A program made the position numbers and the translations under genes. From NCBI RefSeq assembly GCF_018350175.1, contig NC_058368.1:214150001-214214000 (forward strand): a stretch of DNA of 64,000 bases. The letters run 5' to 3'. This stretch comes from Felis catus. Its lineage: Eukaryota. The notes below the pieces were generated by a model, which ran no database searches, was not told where the DNA came from, and saw nothing but the letters and a program-made list of their open reading frames with translations. Positions 13,698-27,800 of this stretch are shown one piece after another (positions within the stretch are counted from its first letter, which is position 1; the number at the start of each line of letters is the position of its first letter).

Positions 13698-13948
13698 TCT
13701 TTCTTTCTTTCTTTCTTTCTGCTTTTTTATGATTATTTATTTTTGAGAGAGAAAGAGAGAGACAGAGTGCTAGCAGGGGAGTGGCAGAGAGAGAGAGGGA
13801 GACAAAGAATCTGAAGCAGGCTCCAGGCTCTGAGCTGTCTGCACAGAGCCCCACACGGGTGGTGACCAGGAGCTCGAACCTACGGACAGCCAAATAAAGA
13901 CCTAAGCCAGAGTAGGATGCTTAACCGACTGAGCCACCCAGGAGCCCC
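13698..13948 (-). mobile_element. Can-SINE (SINEC_Fc type)
   Basis: (TTTC)n tail, GGCTCCAGGCTCTGAGCTG, ...CCACCCAGGAGCCCC. TSD-like aagacrtat..aattctttc. Confidence 0.93.
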
Positions 13949-14407
13949 AAGACGTATAATTCTTTCACTTCGTTGTTACTTATTGCCAAGAAACAATTAC
14001 AGGAATTGTTTTGATATGCGACGGTAAAAACAAAAGAGAAGTAGAAGCAGAATTTAGAAAGAGTTCTTTCTACTTTCAGAAGGACAACTGAACCGAGATA
14101 GCTTGCTCTGAATTTGGGTGCAAGCCAAACCGTGTTGGGGTTGGAGAGTATGGGAACAGAGAGGGATTGAAGGCCACTCCTCTGTATGGCCTTTCTTTAA
14201 AATAGTACTTTGCAAGGAGTTCATTTCAGTTCTCAGCCTGCAAGCACAGTGTTCTACAATAGCAAGATAATTTTCCCTTTTGATTGTTTCTTTTTGAATT
14301 ATTAATCCACAGTAGAATTTGACTATCTTAAAGCCAGCGACTACTACCTGACAGCTACATCCTAGACTGAAAAATCTCTAAACTTAAAGTTTAAGATAAT
14401 TTGAAAA

Positions 14408-14470
14408 ATCTCCAATGGCCAATGACTCAATCAATTATGCCTATGTAATGAAGCCTCCATTAAAAAATCA
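14408..14470 (+). mobile_element. Small MER21-like LTR fragment
   Basis: CCAATGGCCAATGACTCAATCAATTATGCCTATGTAATGAAGCCTCCATTAAAAA resembles MER21 consensus. Confidence 0.6.
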
Positions 14471-14659
14471 ATTTATTACTTATTTAAAAAATCAAATACA
14501 GGAATATTTGAGTAAATATTTAGGTGGTCCTAATTTCAGAGTATCTCTTTTTTCCCCCTTCAAGTGTTCAGGGAGAGGAAGAACCTCGAGAAAAGGAAAG
14601 AATTAGCACCTTCTCTGTACCAGGCATTGCGAGAGGAAATGGAAAAATCTTTGGAATTT

Positions 14660-14830
14660 TTAACTCTTGCAACCATCCTGTGGGGTAGACATGACCATCT
14701 GCATTGACTGATGAGGAAACTAAGACTCGGGGGTTTCCAAGAAGTTGCATAAGCTGCTCATGTTTGCACAGCGAGCAGTACGAGGGTCAGAAATGGACTT
14801 GGTATCTTGTGACTTAAGCGCCCATTTAAT
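14660..14830 (-). mobile_element. MIR
   Basis: gatgaggaaactaagactc core. Confidence 0.55.
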
Positions 14831-17374
14831 CTTGTGGCTTCCTCTGCTTTGTCTCCCAGAGAAAATGTGAGAGGAAGAACATTGCATGGAAGAGAAGGAT
14901 GCAGGTGTGGAACATATTTCACATGCAAAGAAATACTGGGGAAAAAACGGTCGAATCCATTCTCTTACCTCTGTCTCTGGAATGAGAAGTCAATTTTTAA
15001 TTATATGGGTAAGGTTGACCCGGACCAACGTATCAAAAATGCCGAGTTCAGGGTTGGAGATTAAATATAAAAAAGAGGTTCAATTTATTACTGTTTGGAA
15101 GAAATAAACATCCACATGTAAGAAAGAGACTGGGATCTCTCTGCCTCCAGCCTGCCCTTGACCCTGAGGTGAACAGTTTGAAGTATGATCTCTCGGGACA
15201 ATAAATGAATAGTGAGTGGAGAACATGATTCAATGTTAATGCCATTATGTTCTGGGGTGATGATCAAGTGTGGGAAATCATGTGGCTATCACCATCTGCT
15301 GACACCATCCTTTTTGGGGGCACGGATTTGCTCAGGTCAGATAACATTCTTGGGAGCCTACCCAGGGATCTTTTTTGCCTTGTGATAACATAGACCCTAA
15401 ACCCTGTGCCTGATTCACTCCTTTCCAACATGTTTCTGATTGCTAACCACTTATTAAACGTTATTCGATATGCTTACCTACTTTGTTCAGCTGTCTTAAA
15501 TCCTCTCTGGAACAAGACAAGATTTAAATAAACAAACTGGGTTCATTTGTTCTTAAACATGCTACCTTGCCAAACAGTCATTTTTCTGCGTGTTTAAAAA
15601 TATAAGATGGCTAAATGGCAATGTATTCTTAAACATACAAATCTAAGTGGATTTCCTTCTGAAATGAGATAAATTTTGCTCTTTATCATCTTATCAGCAT
15701 GATTCCACAGTACTCCCCATGCATCTGAAATCACATTGAATAAGGTACTAACTATGATGAAAGACAGTTACGGGAGAGAACGGTGCATTGGGACCCTCTT
15801 CTCCATTCAGATATTAGGCACAAATATTGATGTGAAATCCCAGCACAAGAGGCCAGATTTTCAAATTCTGCTTATCAAAACAGGTTTATAGCCAGCACAT
15901 TCAAGTATAGAGGACAAAATGACACTAGGAGACAGGGGGAGAAGGGAGGGGGGGTTCCTTCCAAGCAGAGCCTTCCTCTTTATCCCCAAAAGGCATACAT
16001 GAAAAACAACAAGGCTAGCTGAAAAAATTGGGAGAGGATATAATGATGTTTGCGGTAGGACAGAATATGTGGCAATGAGTTCACCACACGGCTGAGCTCG
16101 GGAAAGGCTGTGTACCCCTGAATACTAAGTAGATCAGATAGAAATAGGCCTCTTTCCCCCCTGCTTCACATCAGCCTCATTCACATTGCGTTCACATCAC
16201 TTCTTAATTAGGGGAGTATATTATACTTCAATGGGTCATTATAAACTATAACTGAAATAAAGTTGAGTGATTTGTTTCAGTGAAAGACACCTTGATTGAG
16301 GTGGTTATTAGTAAACTATAAAATACAGTGAGGGTAATTGGTGTGAGCACTATCATTATTTAGTGATGTCTCAATTTTTCCCATTAATTTTCCTGTGATT
16401 AAAGAAAATTACTTACATTTGGCCAATTGAAAATAGAAAAGAAAAATCACTTGCCAAAGCACAAACTTGCTATTTATATTTGAACCATTAATAAAATTTA
16501 TACTTCATGATAAATTCTTATGTATTTTTAGACATGTGCTTCTTATGCAAGAGCCTGGCAAATGTTTTCTTTTGTTCAAAACATGAATGGAAAAAAAAAT
16601 TCTTAGCAATTAAAAGCAAATAAAACTGCAAATATCTATCCTGTAGTACAAACAATAGGCATAAATTAATACAAATAAGGTGAACTAATGTCCCAGAAGG
16701 TCCACAGATCCCTTCTTCTGATCCAAAGAATACAAACATTGAAAAACAGGTATTTATATTAAATTTAAATTATATAATTTTCTTAATTTTTTTAGAAGCT
16801 CACTATAACTTCTTGCTTGTGTTATAGGATCTTCAGTTCTTGGCATTTTGTTTTGGATTAAAAAAAGAAAATGTATTTGGCAATGAGATTGTCTTTCATT
16901 TGTTCCTTGAAAACAAGAAATTATTTGTTTGGTTTTCATTTCTGTAAATAAATTACTCATTTGAGGCTTGTTTCTCCAAAATGAAGGGTTTATGCAATCA
17001 GTCATGCATAAAATGTGTTATTTTCCTTCACTTAGTCCAGTAGCTGTTTGCAGAGAAATTGTATGAGCAGTTAGTTTTCACTGTCATTACGGCAAACCAG
17101 AGACAGAAGAATAAGGGAGAATAGTCGAAATCAAATAGAGGAAAACTCTAAATGTACCATGATGGCAGATAGCAATAAAACTGTCGACTCTGAAATGAAA
17201 CCTCAGGACAATATTTCTTTATAAATATATGGGCGCAAAGAAGCAACTCAAATCACAAAATTATTCTTTTGTTGTTGTTGTCTCTGATATAATGTATTGG
17301 CTGAAAAAGTGGAAGTTTTCTAACTTTCTAATAGAGCAAGAAAATAATTGTTATGTAACTTCAAAACTATAGAG

Positions 17375-17562
17375 TATATGTAACTGTAACTATATATAGT
17401 TATAAGTATACTATATATACTTATATATATAACTATATATAAGTTATAAGTATAAAGAGAATATGTATGTGTGCAGATCTATACACATATGTGTGATTCT
17501 ATATGCATTATGTATATGTATGCATATATGTATGTATTATAGATATGTGCATGTATGTGTAT
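17375..17562. repeat. Low-complexity TA/TATG repeat
   Basis: Degenerate (TA)n/(TATG)n with short palindromes. Confidence 0.75.
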
Positions 17563-18369
17563 AAATTTGGGGTAATTGTCATTATATTAAGAAAGTAGGC
17601 CTGGAGCCTAGAAAAGAAGACACGTTTATCTCTCTAAACTCTGACCAAATACACGGCCGGTTTTGTGGGAAGTGTTGTCACAGAAGAAGTGAAACAAAGA
17701 AGTAGAAACCAAGGAATGTCATTGTTAAGTGATTTACAGTGGGATCCCCAAGTAGACATGGAAAATAGTGGTGGATTGGAATGTGATTCCCCATTCACTT
17801 TCCTTTTCCTTCTACATAACATTCTGAATGGCAGACATTAGGAAAATAGCATCTTAGCTCCTAGTAACTTTCTTTTGTTGTCTTTGTTCTGTGGATACAT
17901 TCCCATTCTCAACCTGTAATAGTTTTGCTAAATTTAAAGATGTGACTTAATTAGCAGACACATATACATTCAATATACGTGATAAGACTCATAATCCATT
18001 ACAAAATACAGACACAGCCTTTGAATTTTATCCCAGATATATAGAAATGTACAAAGTCACATATTTCCTTTTCCGGTATTATTTTAGTATAATCTTTGCA
18101 TATATTTAGACATAATGTGTCATAAGTTTTTGTTACAACATCAGAAAAGGTAAGATATTAATAAAGAATAAAAATATACCCTTAATTACAATTATTATTA
18201 GGCTAGAGTCTTATAAATTTCTAGACTTTAAAATCTAATATTCTATCAAAATACTTATTAAGCACACACTGTAAAAGGAATAGCATTACGAAAAAGAAAT
18301 TTTGAGATATTGACTATCACCATAACTTTCCATTTACTTAAAAGTCATCAGAATTGAAAATTTAATAAC

Positions 18370-18740
18370 CCAATCATTTATTGAGAATTATTTTTGAGTT
18401 CCTTTTATGCCCCAGACACGAAGTCCTGCCTTGTGGGGTTTACATTCTGGCGGAGGAGACAGACTATAAACAAATGAATGATAGGTAAGTAATATATTTT
18501 GGATCATTGATAAGACCGTTAGAGACAAAATGGACTGGGTAAAAGGATACTGAGTTACGGGGGTGGGGGGTCTATTTCATGTAGGGTCAAGGAGGGTCTC
18601 TTTGTGAAGAAACTGGAATCATGATGAGCCACCCATGGGAAAAACTGGTGGAACTTTCTTACAGAGGAAACAGCAAGTGCCATGGCCATAGGAGGAAGCA
18701 AACTCCCAACAGTCTTAATAGAGAAAGGCCACTAGGAGGT
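18370..18740 (-). mobile_element. L2 fragment
   Basis: aatcatttattgag...gtcctgccttgtggggtttacattctgg...gaggaaacagcaagtgccatggcc. Confidence 0.65.
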
Positions 18741-19049
18741 GAGATGACCAGAAACTGTAATGAGTAACAATAAGTAATAACAAGGAAATAGGATAAGGTT
18801 GGTAGTTTTATAACACATTTCTCCTTTCTGAGCTTTTATACTTTATAAGGTAACTTTTCTAGTATAAAATATACTCCTTAAAATATATAGTCTCTCTGTA
18901 TGTTTGTGTACATGTATATATCAATATGTGTGTGCAGCATGCATATGTATGTGTGGATGTGTAATATGTGTGTATGTATATATGTGTGCATGTGTATGTA
19001 TATAAACATTACACGTGCATATATATGTATGTGTATATTCATCTGTTCA

Positions 19050-19275
19050 TTTCATGTTAAGAGTATGGCATAGTGGACTTTGGATTGCCTCATTTGCATA
19101 CTGTCTGTGACCTTTGAAAGGTTCTTTAACCCCTTTGTGCCTCTGTTTCCTCATCTGTACAATGGAGATTATTAAAGTACTTACTTCAGAGGGATGCTGT
19201 GAGAATTAAATGCACTAATATATGTCAAGCTCTTAGTGCCTGGCACATAGTATAAATGCTATATAAATGTTACTT
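19050..19275 (+). mobile_element. MIR
   Basis: tgtgacctttg...gtgcctctgtttcctcatctgtacaatggagat...gtgcctggcacatagta. Confidence 0.8.
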
Positions 19276-20394
19276 TTATAATTTCCTCAACAGCTGGCAA
19301 TTTATCTGAGTGAGTAGAATGTATTTATTCATTCCAACTGACACTCCCATCAGCAAAATCGACAGTCAAAAAGCCTGACTTGATATTTCTTTATTGGCCA
19401 CTCATGTTCATTTACTTGGCAAACTAGTTCAAACTTTTGTTTATTTTTGGAATATTTCAACCTTAAAGAGGACACCTCTTCTGCTTCTAATCTGGGATAG
19501 TTAAATGTTTCTGTCCTGGATAGAAGGTGCAGCCAAAAATGTTTTCCTGAGGATAAGGGTGCATTAAACATGTGTCCACTTGAGGGAGCTCCAAGATTTC
19601 TCCGAAGCCCTGGTCTTAGTTTTTCAGCCGGGGCACTCGGTGTCCAAGATACTGGGCTTGGGTTACATTCATGGTGGAAGGAAAAATTTAAATGACCATA
19701 GTTAAGGTTTGGAAAAGAAGTGCCAGGTAATAGAACTGATAATTATTTTACTGTTTTCCAGTTATGTATTTAATTGAGGGGAACAGAAACACTTTTTTGA
19801 GAACTTCAAACAGTTCAGCTGGAAGCACAGGAATTAGCATAAAGTGAAATATTTATGGGAGCTTAATACTGTTTAAGACTCATTTTCTCCTTGCCTTAAG
19901 ACAAGAAGTCAAATTAACCATTTCTAATTAAAGAGTTGGAAACAAAGTAGTATGAGACCAGAAGTAGAAGTTAAATGGTAATGTCTAAGTTGTGAAGTGT
20001 GAAAAAGTCATTTGACATAGAGGTCAAGAATGGGAAGATACAAAAGAATTCCTGTAGAACAAGAGAAACAAATCAGGGTGATTAAAAAATATATATAATT
20101 ATAGAAGGCTTACTACCACTCCTTCCTGGATGAATATTTTTTCCTTTTAAGGCAGAGTTCTACAACTGGACATGATAATGCCCCTTTGTCTATGTTAGTA
20201 GTTCAGCTACAAAGGAAGCACACGTGTAATATTCAAAATGAACTGGGGATCTTTTAAAATATGATTCATGGGAATTCTGGTCCAAAGGAATAGCCAACTA
20301 CTAAAGATATTGAAAAGGAAAGAAGTTCCCAAAACCCAAGAAGATGCAATCCAGCGGACTCCAGAGAAAGAGGCAACTCTCTCTCTCCTTATTT

Positions 20395-20609
20395 AAAAAA
20401 ATTTTTTTAATGTTTATTTTTGAGAGAGAGAGAGAGAAGTTCATGTGCGCATGAGTGGCAGAGGAGCAGAGTGAGAGGGAGACAGAGAATCTGAAGCAGA
20501 CTCTGTGCTGTCAGCACCAAGCCCAATGTGGGGCTTGAACCCATGAACTGTGAGATCATGACTTAAGCTGAAGTTGGATGTTCCACTGAGTGAGCCACCC
20601 AGGTGCCCC
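20395..20609 (-). mobile_element. Can-SINE
   Basis: Typical body. TSD tctctctccttattt. Confidence 0.95.
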
Positions 20610-22589
20610 TCTCTCTCCTTATTTCTAAACCACTGTATAGATACACAAAGATTTGCTTAAAGTATCAATTTTATGCATGTATTTTAATTTTAATTGCACC
20701 ATGAGTAAACTGTTGAAAAATTTTGAACAGTTGGCCCTTAAATCACTATAGGCTGAGTCATCTACAGATGAAAATAAGGCAATAGAGACTGTTACCCAGA
20801 AGAAAAGGAACATATTGCAATAGAATATACTTTCAACAAATGAAAACTATAATTAAAATATAATCATGTGATTAGAAGTAGATTACAAAGAGCATATCAT
20901 GCTTCCAGCATATTCTGTATACACGTAGATCTTAAATTTTGAAGTTTGTTAGTCTTAACGTGGCTTTAAGTATTTTGTACCAATATTCACAGCAATCTTT
21001 TCATTCACAGTTCGTGAAATCTCCCACAGTTTTATTAATTAAAATATAACTTTTTTACCTGAATGGTATGCTAACTATATTGTTAAGGCACTTTTGTATG
21101 CATCTCAAATATACCATCAGCGTGATCTTGATTTTGACCTGACTGAATGGATTTGTTGTGCTACTTGGGAATATAGTCAGGATTACCCTGCAGATGGTTT
21201 TTAAAACCTTTTATTTTATAACATAGTTTCCATTTCTCATGGAGCATGTGTTTCTTTTTGATTTGCCTATAAGTTTCTTCTCTTGTTTTTCATAAGTACG
21301 TTACCTCATGGTCTTAAACACCTTCTGTTGCTTTCTTGAAAATGAAACAAGAGACATGCCTGTTGAGGAAGCCTAATGCTTCTGTAGTCTTAAAAAATAA
21401 CTTGGAAGTGTATTTTGATGGTGTTTAATGTAAAGAGTTTAATACTCAGAGAAAATGTTTCCTTGGCAAGTGAGCGGGAATGAGCCAGGCTTTGGGGAGA
21501 TTTTTTTCTGTCTGTGATGGCTACACAGACAAGCCTGTGCACAGTCTTGTGCACAATATCCATCATTCCTTTGTGCATTCTCTGAGTCTTCTTGGAGAAG
21601 TTATCAAATGGTCAGACAGGACTTGCTCCCTATGTGTACTGAGTTGATCTTTTAATTTGTAACGGAGATCCTAAATGAATGAATACTTGGAAGGATACAG
21701 AGGCCCTAGCCTTCTTAACTACAGCTTCTAAATTGGGACGTCATTTACGTGTGAAAGAGAAAGCAATTTCTTTTCAACTGGGGTATTCTGCAATGAGTAG
21801 GATCATTGTTATCTTGACTTTGTTGTGCAGACAAGCCACAGTGGCAGCAGAGATAGCATCAGCCAATTAAACTCCAATACAGTGTTCAAAGGATATGGAA
21901 GATAGAATTTAATTATGAAACAGATGACACCACTCAATCCTAATTGTCATAACAGGATCCAAGTCAAGGGCCTGTTAATCACCAGGCCCAGAGAATGGAT
22001 AGCACAGCATCTTATGTCACCAAGGGCAAAAAGCATCAGGCCATGGTTACATTGCACCTTAATAATCCCAAGTAGGAACAAAAACAAATAGAAACTTCTC
22101 TTTATTTTCTGTAACATTAAGTATCGGGAAATAATTATGCAGTTACTAAGATGGCAGGCAATTAGATTTCTTTCTTATAGTTGATTCTTTTACTAAGAAA
22201 TCCTTAGTGAAACTCTGGAGTTTCTTTAATTCTCACAAGTATTTTCAGAGTTATGATTCTTTTTTACATCGAAAATTAACCACACTTACTGGTTTAGCCA
22301 ATAATATCAGGGGAACGAGAGACCTATAAAAGCTTCCAAATTGGCACCAGCCATACACTCACAAGAGCCAAGCTGCCTTAACAACTTGTTACAAATGCCT
22401 AACAGCTCCAGAGAGAAAATATTTTCCTGAGCCTACAGTTTCTCATCTGTTTTGCTTTTCCGCAAACTTCACAAAGATAGTGGGCAATATGCCTCACTTC
22501 CCAGACACCAATCTATTTTGGCCAAATATTTAATTTTTAACCAGTATGGTGACCAGAAGTAGAAAATAAGAAGGATGCTATATAGAATA

Positions 22590-22775
22590 GAAAAACGCAG
22601 GACTTGGAGTCAAAATGGTTGGTTTGCAGTCCCTGCTTTGCTGCTGCTTCCTTTTTCACTGAGTAAGTCCCTGAACCTTCATTGGATTCCAGTTTGGAGA
22701 TGGGGTAGAACTCATGGGTTGTTGTGTACATTAAGAAAGATGGTTTGGAAATACCATACAATTGCTACTTAGCAT
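22590..22775 (+). mobile_element. MIR
   Basis: ggacttggagtca...gagtaagtccctgaacct...gggttgttgtg. Confidence 0.55.
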
Positions 22776-23091
22776 TACATGAGATTGGAGTTGTGCATCA
22801 GAATGGGTCAACTAACCTTAACACCTGCTAGAGGTCTATCATTAGGTAGTTTTGCATTTCTATGTTCCATTCAAGGTACATTTTCTCCGTGTTACAGGCA
22901 AAAAAGCAATTACAAGGAGATTAAATAACATGCCTAACATCATAAAGCTTTGTTATTGGAAAAACTGGGATGAGAATCTTCTTTAACTCTGGGATTATAC
23001 TTTTTTTCCATTCTTCCAAGTTTGGAATTAAGGTGAATGCAGCTTCCTTCTTCAGCTGATTTAACTCACGAATCCTGCCAGAGAGAGTATC

Positions 23092-23565
23092 TGTGTTTGG
23101 CAGAATAATGGGCCCCAAAGATTTCACTCTCCAATCCTAAGAACCTGTAAATATATTCCTTATATGGCAAAGAGAGTTTACAGATGTGATTAAGGATCAT
23201 GAGATAGATTATCTGGGTGGGTCTAGTGTAATCACAAGTGTCCTTAGAAGAGGGAGGCAAGAGGGTTAGAGGAGATGTGCCAGTAAGGCACAAGTCAGAG
23301 AGAAAGAGAGTTGTGAGGATGTTACACTGAGGGCTTTCAAGCTGGAGGAAGGGGCTCTGAGCCAAGGAGTGCCGGTGACCTCTGGAAGTTAGAAGAGGCA
23401 AGGAAACAAATCCTCCCCTAGAGTCTTCAAAAGAAATCCAGTCTTACGGAAACGATTTTAGTCCAGTGACTCCTGACCTATGAAACTGTGACATAATAAA
23501 CTTGTATTGTTTTAAGCCACTGAGTTGCGGTAATATTTGTTACTGCAGCAATAGGCAACTAATAC
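23092..23565 (+). mobile_element. MLT1C/D solo LTR
   Basis: TGTG..GGCAGAATAATGGGCCCCAAAGAT...TTTTAAGCCACTGAGTT...GCAGCAATAGGCAACTAATACA. Confidence 0.9.
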
Positions 23566-24951
23566 AGGGTTCTTATCTTTTCCAGGGGTCTCAAGCTTTG
23601 CTTGTCCAGATGGAGAGTGGCTCAGCTTTAGTCCCTTAACTAGGAGGTGGATGGATCATGGAGGTAAGACAGTTGATAGGCAGGGAGTGTCTGAGAAGTA
23701 CACATGTTGTGGCTGGGATAGGAATCTATACTTGCTCTTTTAGAAAAATAAAATTGGGGTTGGTGGCCACAGAGATGTAAATTCTGGAGGAAGCCTTGGT
23801 CTGAGAGGCTTAGCAGAAGGTGAAGGCACAAGGGTGTTGGTTTCTGATGCTCTATCAGGACAGGGAGGAGGCCTACATTCGAGAACCTTGGGAAAGCGTC
23901 AGAAAATGCTCCTGTTTCAGAACATGTAGAACAGTGACTTCCAAAAAATTGTAAAGCATGTAACCTCCAAACATATATACATATACTTCTGTACTAATAT
24001 ACTATATATGGTATTGAGCAAACAAAAATATAAATTGAAAGTATACGTGACAAAAATAATTAATAGAGTAGTTCAAATGACTTCTTCCCAAACCCCAATA
24101 GATTATCTTCCACAGTCACCATGGAGTGATGTAGAGAATGAGGGAGGTTTGGGAAATGTGATTTGATGGGTGGTGGGTGTCCCCCTTCATATTTCTTTTT
24201 CCTCATCTCTTGCTAAATTTAGTTTAAGAAAGGGGTGGAGGATGGAAAGGGCACAAAGAAACCTCCACTCTTGTCTGAGCTGGCACACCACCTACAGAGA
24301 CAGATTGCAAATTCTGAAGTCTGGGGAGTCCTGCTTTAAGGGAGCTGTGTCTGCAGGTAACATATTCTGTTGGGAGAAGGGGCATGGTTTCCAGGGAGGA
24401 GGACCTCTCAGACTTTGAGATTATGTGGTTTAAACAGACTCATCGTTTTCTTAGGAAAGTCATGAGATCATATTTCTTCACATTTGATTCTGAGGATCAT
24501 AAAATACTGCAAAATCCTTAATTAGTTTTGCAGAGTGATTTGACTGCATAATAATGAGGATTGTGGGATTTCACCGTTCTCGTCTTTCTTCTTCAAAGAG
24601 ACTAATTTTCCACAACATATTTGCAGTCCTAAACAATTTATGAAAATAATGAAGATAATGAGTTCATGTCCCTAGTTTGTAAAAGCATTTCACCAGTTCA
24701 AGAGGAGGACACACCAACAGCTTTCGTACCACCAGCCCCGCTGCATGGGAAGCAGGTCAAAGGAGGTGGACATAGTGCAGGAAAAGGCAAAAAGGGACTA
24801 GAGTAGGGACCAGAACTGGGCTCTGGTCACAGACTCCCCTAGCTTGCTGTGGTAACACAATCAAGTTGCACAACCTCTCTGTTGCCTTGGTTTCTTTTTC
24901 CAAGAAGGGAAGTATCTGATTAGAAGAGATGATTGCTCATACTCCATTCTA

Positions 24952-25195
24952 AATAAATACTTTTTATTTTTTTAAAGTTTCTTTACTTATTTTGAGAGAG
25001 AGAGAGAGAGAGAGTGCAAGCGCATGAACATGAGTGGGGGAAGGGCAGAGAGAGAGGAGAGAGAGAATCCTAAGCGGGCTTCACACTGTAAGGGTGGAGC
25101 CAGCTGTGGGGCTCAAAACCCATGAACTGTGAGATCATGACCTGAGCTGAAGTCAAGAGTCCTATGCTTAATTGACTGAGCCACCTAGGCACCCT
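24952..25195 (-). mobile_element. Can-SINE
   Basis: Typical body. TSD-like atactcyatt. Confidence 0.93.
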
Positions 25196-25802
25196 GATAC
25201 TCTATTTTTAGATGCTGTTTTTGAGATAGCAGACTGTATTTTTTTGTGAAATGAGAATATTTCTTCTCAATCTCTCGTATCTGGAGGGCTACTCAATTGT
25301 CTCTAACCTGAAAAATGTTAAACTTTATTTGATGGAAAACACCACCTTAGTAAAATAAAGGATTACAGCACAACTCACAAGTTAACATTTCTCTTGCTAA
25401 TATATCTGGGATATGGTGAACAGTGTCAGTATCTGAGATGTGAATCCTGGAAAGTTAACCTCTGTACAGTTCCTTATGCACAATATGGAGAAAATCATAC
25501 CTACCATGCAATATCGTCATGAGCATCTGAATATATAACATGGTTGGGACAGTATATGTCTAGAATGGGCTCTCATGTTGTGTCAATAGCAATAATAGTA
25601 TCATCAGGCTCAAAGAATACATTACTTCCACTCCCCATGGCTCTAAGGGATAATATGAGCCTTCTGCTTTTGTTTTATCAGTCTCTCCTATAAATACAAG
25701 GTCCAGAGTCATTTATGCATTAAAACAGAGCAGTTAGGACAGAAATCAAGCCATATAAAGACATGATTACCAGAAAACCCTTCACTGGACAGTTCTTTAA
25801 AA

Positions 25803-26019
25803 CAGGGTTTCACGACCTCAGGACTGTCGACTTTTGGGGCAGGTAATCCTTTGTTGTGGGACTGTCCTGTGAAAGGTAGGATGCTTAGCAGTATCTCTGG
25901 CTTCTATTCACTAGATGCCAGCAGTACCTCCCAGTTGTCACAGCCCCGATGCCTCCAGACATTGTCGACCGTTCCCTGGAGGCAAAACCCACCATCTTCA
26001 CCCCCACTGAGAACCACTG
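25803..26019 (+). mobile_element. MER20 (hAT-Charlie)
   Basis: gggactgtcctgtgaa..gtaggatgcttagcagtatctctggcttcta..cactagatgccagcag...gagaaccactg. Confidence 0.88.
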
Positions 26020-26117
26020 CCTTAAAATTATGAGCTATACAATACAGAGGACTACACTGAAGTATAAATATCATGAGATTACTTTTTATATTCATAAATA
26101 TTGAAAATTACGAGTGA

Positions 26118-26225
26118 ATGAGCACTGGGTGTTATATGTAGATGATGAATCACTAAATTCTACTCCTGAAACCATTATTACGCTATATGCTAACTAACTT
26201 GGATTTAAATAAAATTAAAAAAATA
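26118..26225 (+). mobile_element. Short carnivore L1 3'-end fragment
   Basis: TGAGCACTGGGTGTTATATGTAGATGATGAATCACTAAATTCTACTCCTGAAACC... followed by an A-rich tail. TSD-like aaaa(t)tacgagtgaa / aaaataccagtgaa. Confidence 0.85.
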
Positions 26226-26234
26226 AAAATACCA

Positions 26235-26450
26235 GTGAAAGTGGTTAAAAGTTTGTCTGGAAACTTTCACTCAACCTCTAGTTATCTATGTGACTTTAGA
26301 TAATTTACTGAACCTCTCAAAGTTTAAGTTGTCTTATTTGTGAAATGAAGATAATAATCATACATGTCAAACAGGTCATTGAGAAGATTAAATGAGATAA
26401 TCTGATGATGTCCGGCCCACAGAAGCAATTGATAAGTGCTGGCATTTGTT
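26235..26450 (+). mobile_element. MIR
   Basis: tgtgacttta...gaacctctc...tgtgaaatgaagataata...gaagattaaatgagataa. Confidence 0.65.
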
Positions 26451-27348
26451 CTTTCATTATTTTTCATCACTACTACTGCTACCACCATTATGGGTAGATC
26501 CCTCTAATTGCAGCACTTAAGTATTTCTTAACAATAGACTATAACTTTAAAACACAATTGTTTCAGAAAACAGCATTTTTAACTCCTTTATAGGATTTCA
26601 AATTTCAGCTTTCTAGATGAAAGGATCATCAAAATATCTCTCCTTTTTTTCTTTTGACTCATTCATTAGTAATCATTATATTGGACACAGTTAAATATGC
26701 ATTTCATCCAGTGGTGCCCACAGGGAACCCAACGCAACATACACCACCAAAACCAAAATGTAATGTTAATGGAAATTAACGAAAGACAAATCATTCCATA
26801 GCACACTAATTAGTTTTTTAAGAATTAAATCACTGAGAGCTGCACATTCTACAAATAATTACAAAAAAGAATAAAATAAGAATCTCATTAAACTATTTAA
26901 ACAAAGTACTGGATTTATAAAACTCCTAAGTTCCACATTAGAGAGCACAAGTATGTTTCCCAGAAGGAGGGATAATGTTACAAAGCTTCCGTTTTTCTGA
27001 AATCCTAATTTTATTAGCAGCAAAGTAATTAATTTTTGTGACAACAAATTCTTCAAGGAGAAATAAATACTAAGTCAGAGCAATGTGAGCAAAGCAGTTA
27101 AAGAAAGGGAGATGAAAATACATCAAGGAAGCCTTAAGAGCAATTTTTATCCCCTACTATGAAACTATGTCCTTAAAAATCTGGTTCATTTTCAAAAGGG
27201 CTTCTAAACAAATCTCCGCTACTCAAAAGATAAAGATAGTATCAATGAGCCTGCAGAAAAGTCAACTGGGAGAGAAAATGGGGGATATTTTTTTCAGGTA
27301 CTGAAAGACACTGTATAGATTGAAGGAGTGAAGAGATTGGTAAAAAGA

Positions 27349-27350
<2 letters not shown>

Positions 27351-27392
<42 letters not shown>
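27351..27392. repeat. (TG)n microsatellite
   Basis: Perfect GT run. Confidence 0.95.
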
Positions 27393-27394
<2 letters not shown>

Positions 27395-27609
27395 ATGAGA
27401 GAGTGAGTGGAAGGTGTTGCACAAGAACAAAGGATTTTATCTCAAAAAATGAAGACTTTGCAAGACGATATAGTCTCTCAGATATGTAATGATCATGGCA
27501 TTAATCAAGATAATGCCCACAATACTAAAAACAGAAGATGATGTCAATTTAGAATGGCTTAATTTTATTTTTGCCATGTGCAATTAATGAATAGAGGTTA
27601 TGTGGAATT

Positions 27610-27800
27610 AAGTAGACTTTGGTTTAGGTTATAACAACATCACTAATTGTCCCACCTTAAGTGAGTTTCTTAAGTTCTTTGCATCTCAATTTTCTCATCT
27701 ATACAATGGATCTAAATATTTCTATCTTATAAATATTGACAGGAGTAAGTAAGACAAAGTGTACTAAAGTCTTAGCATTGAACTTGGCACCCAAGAAATG
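27610..27800 (+). mobile_element. MIR
   Basis: catctcaattttctcatctatacaatgg core. Confidence 0.6.

Noticed and set aside
21300..21400. Possible minus-strand exon ending ATGAG|gtaacg
   Set aside because: Moderate donor with no clear acceptor or promoter, and no recognisable coding match.
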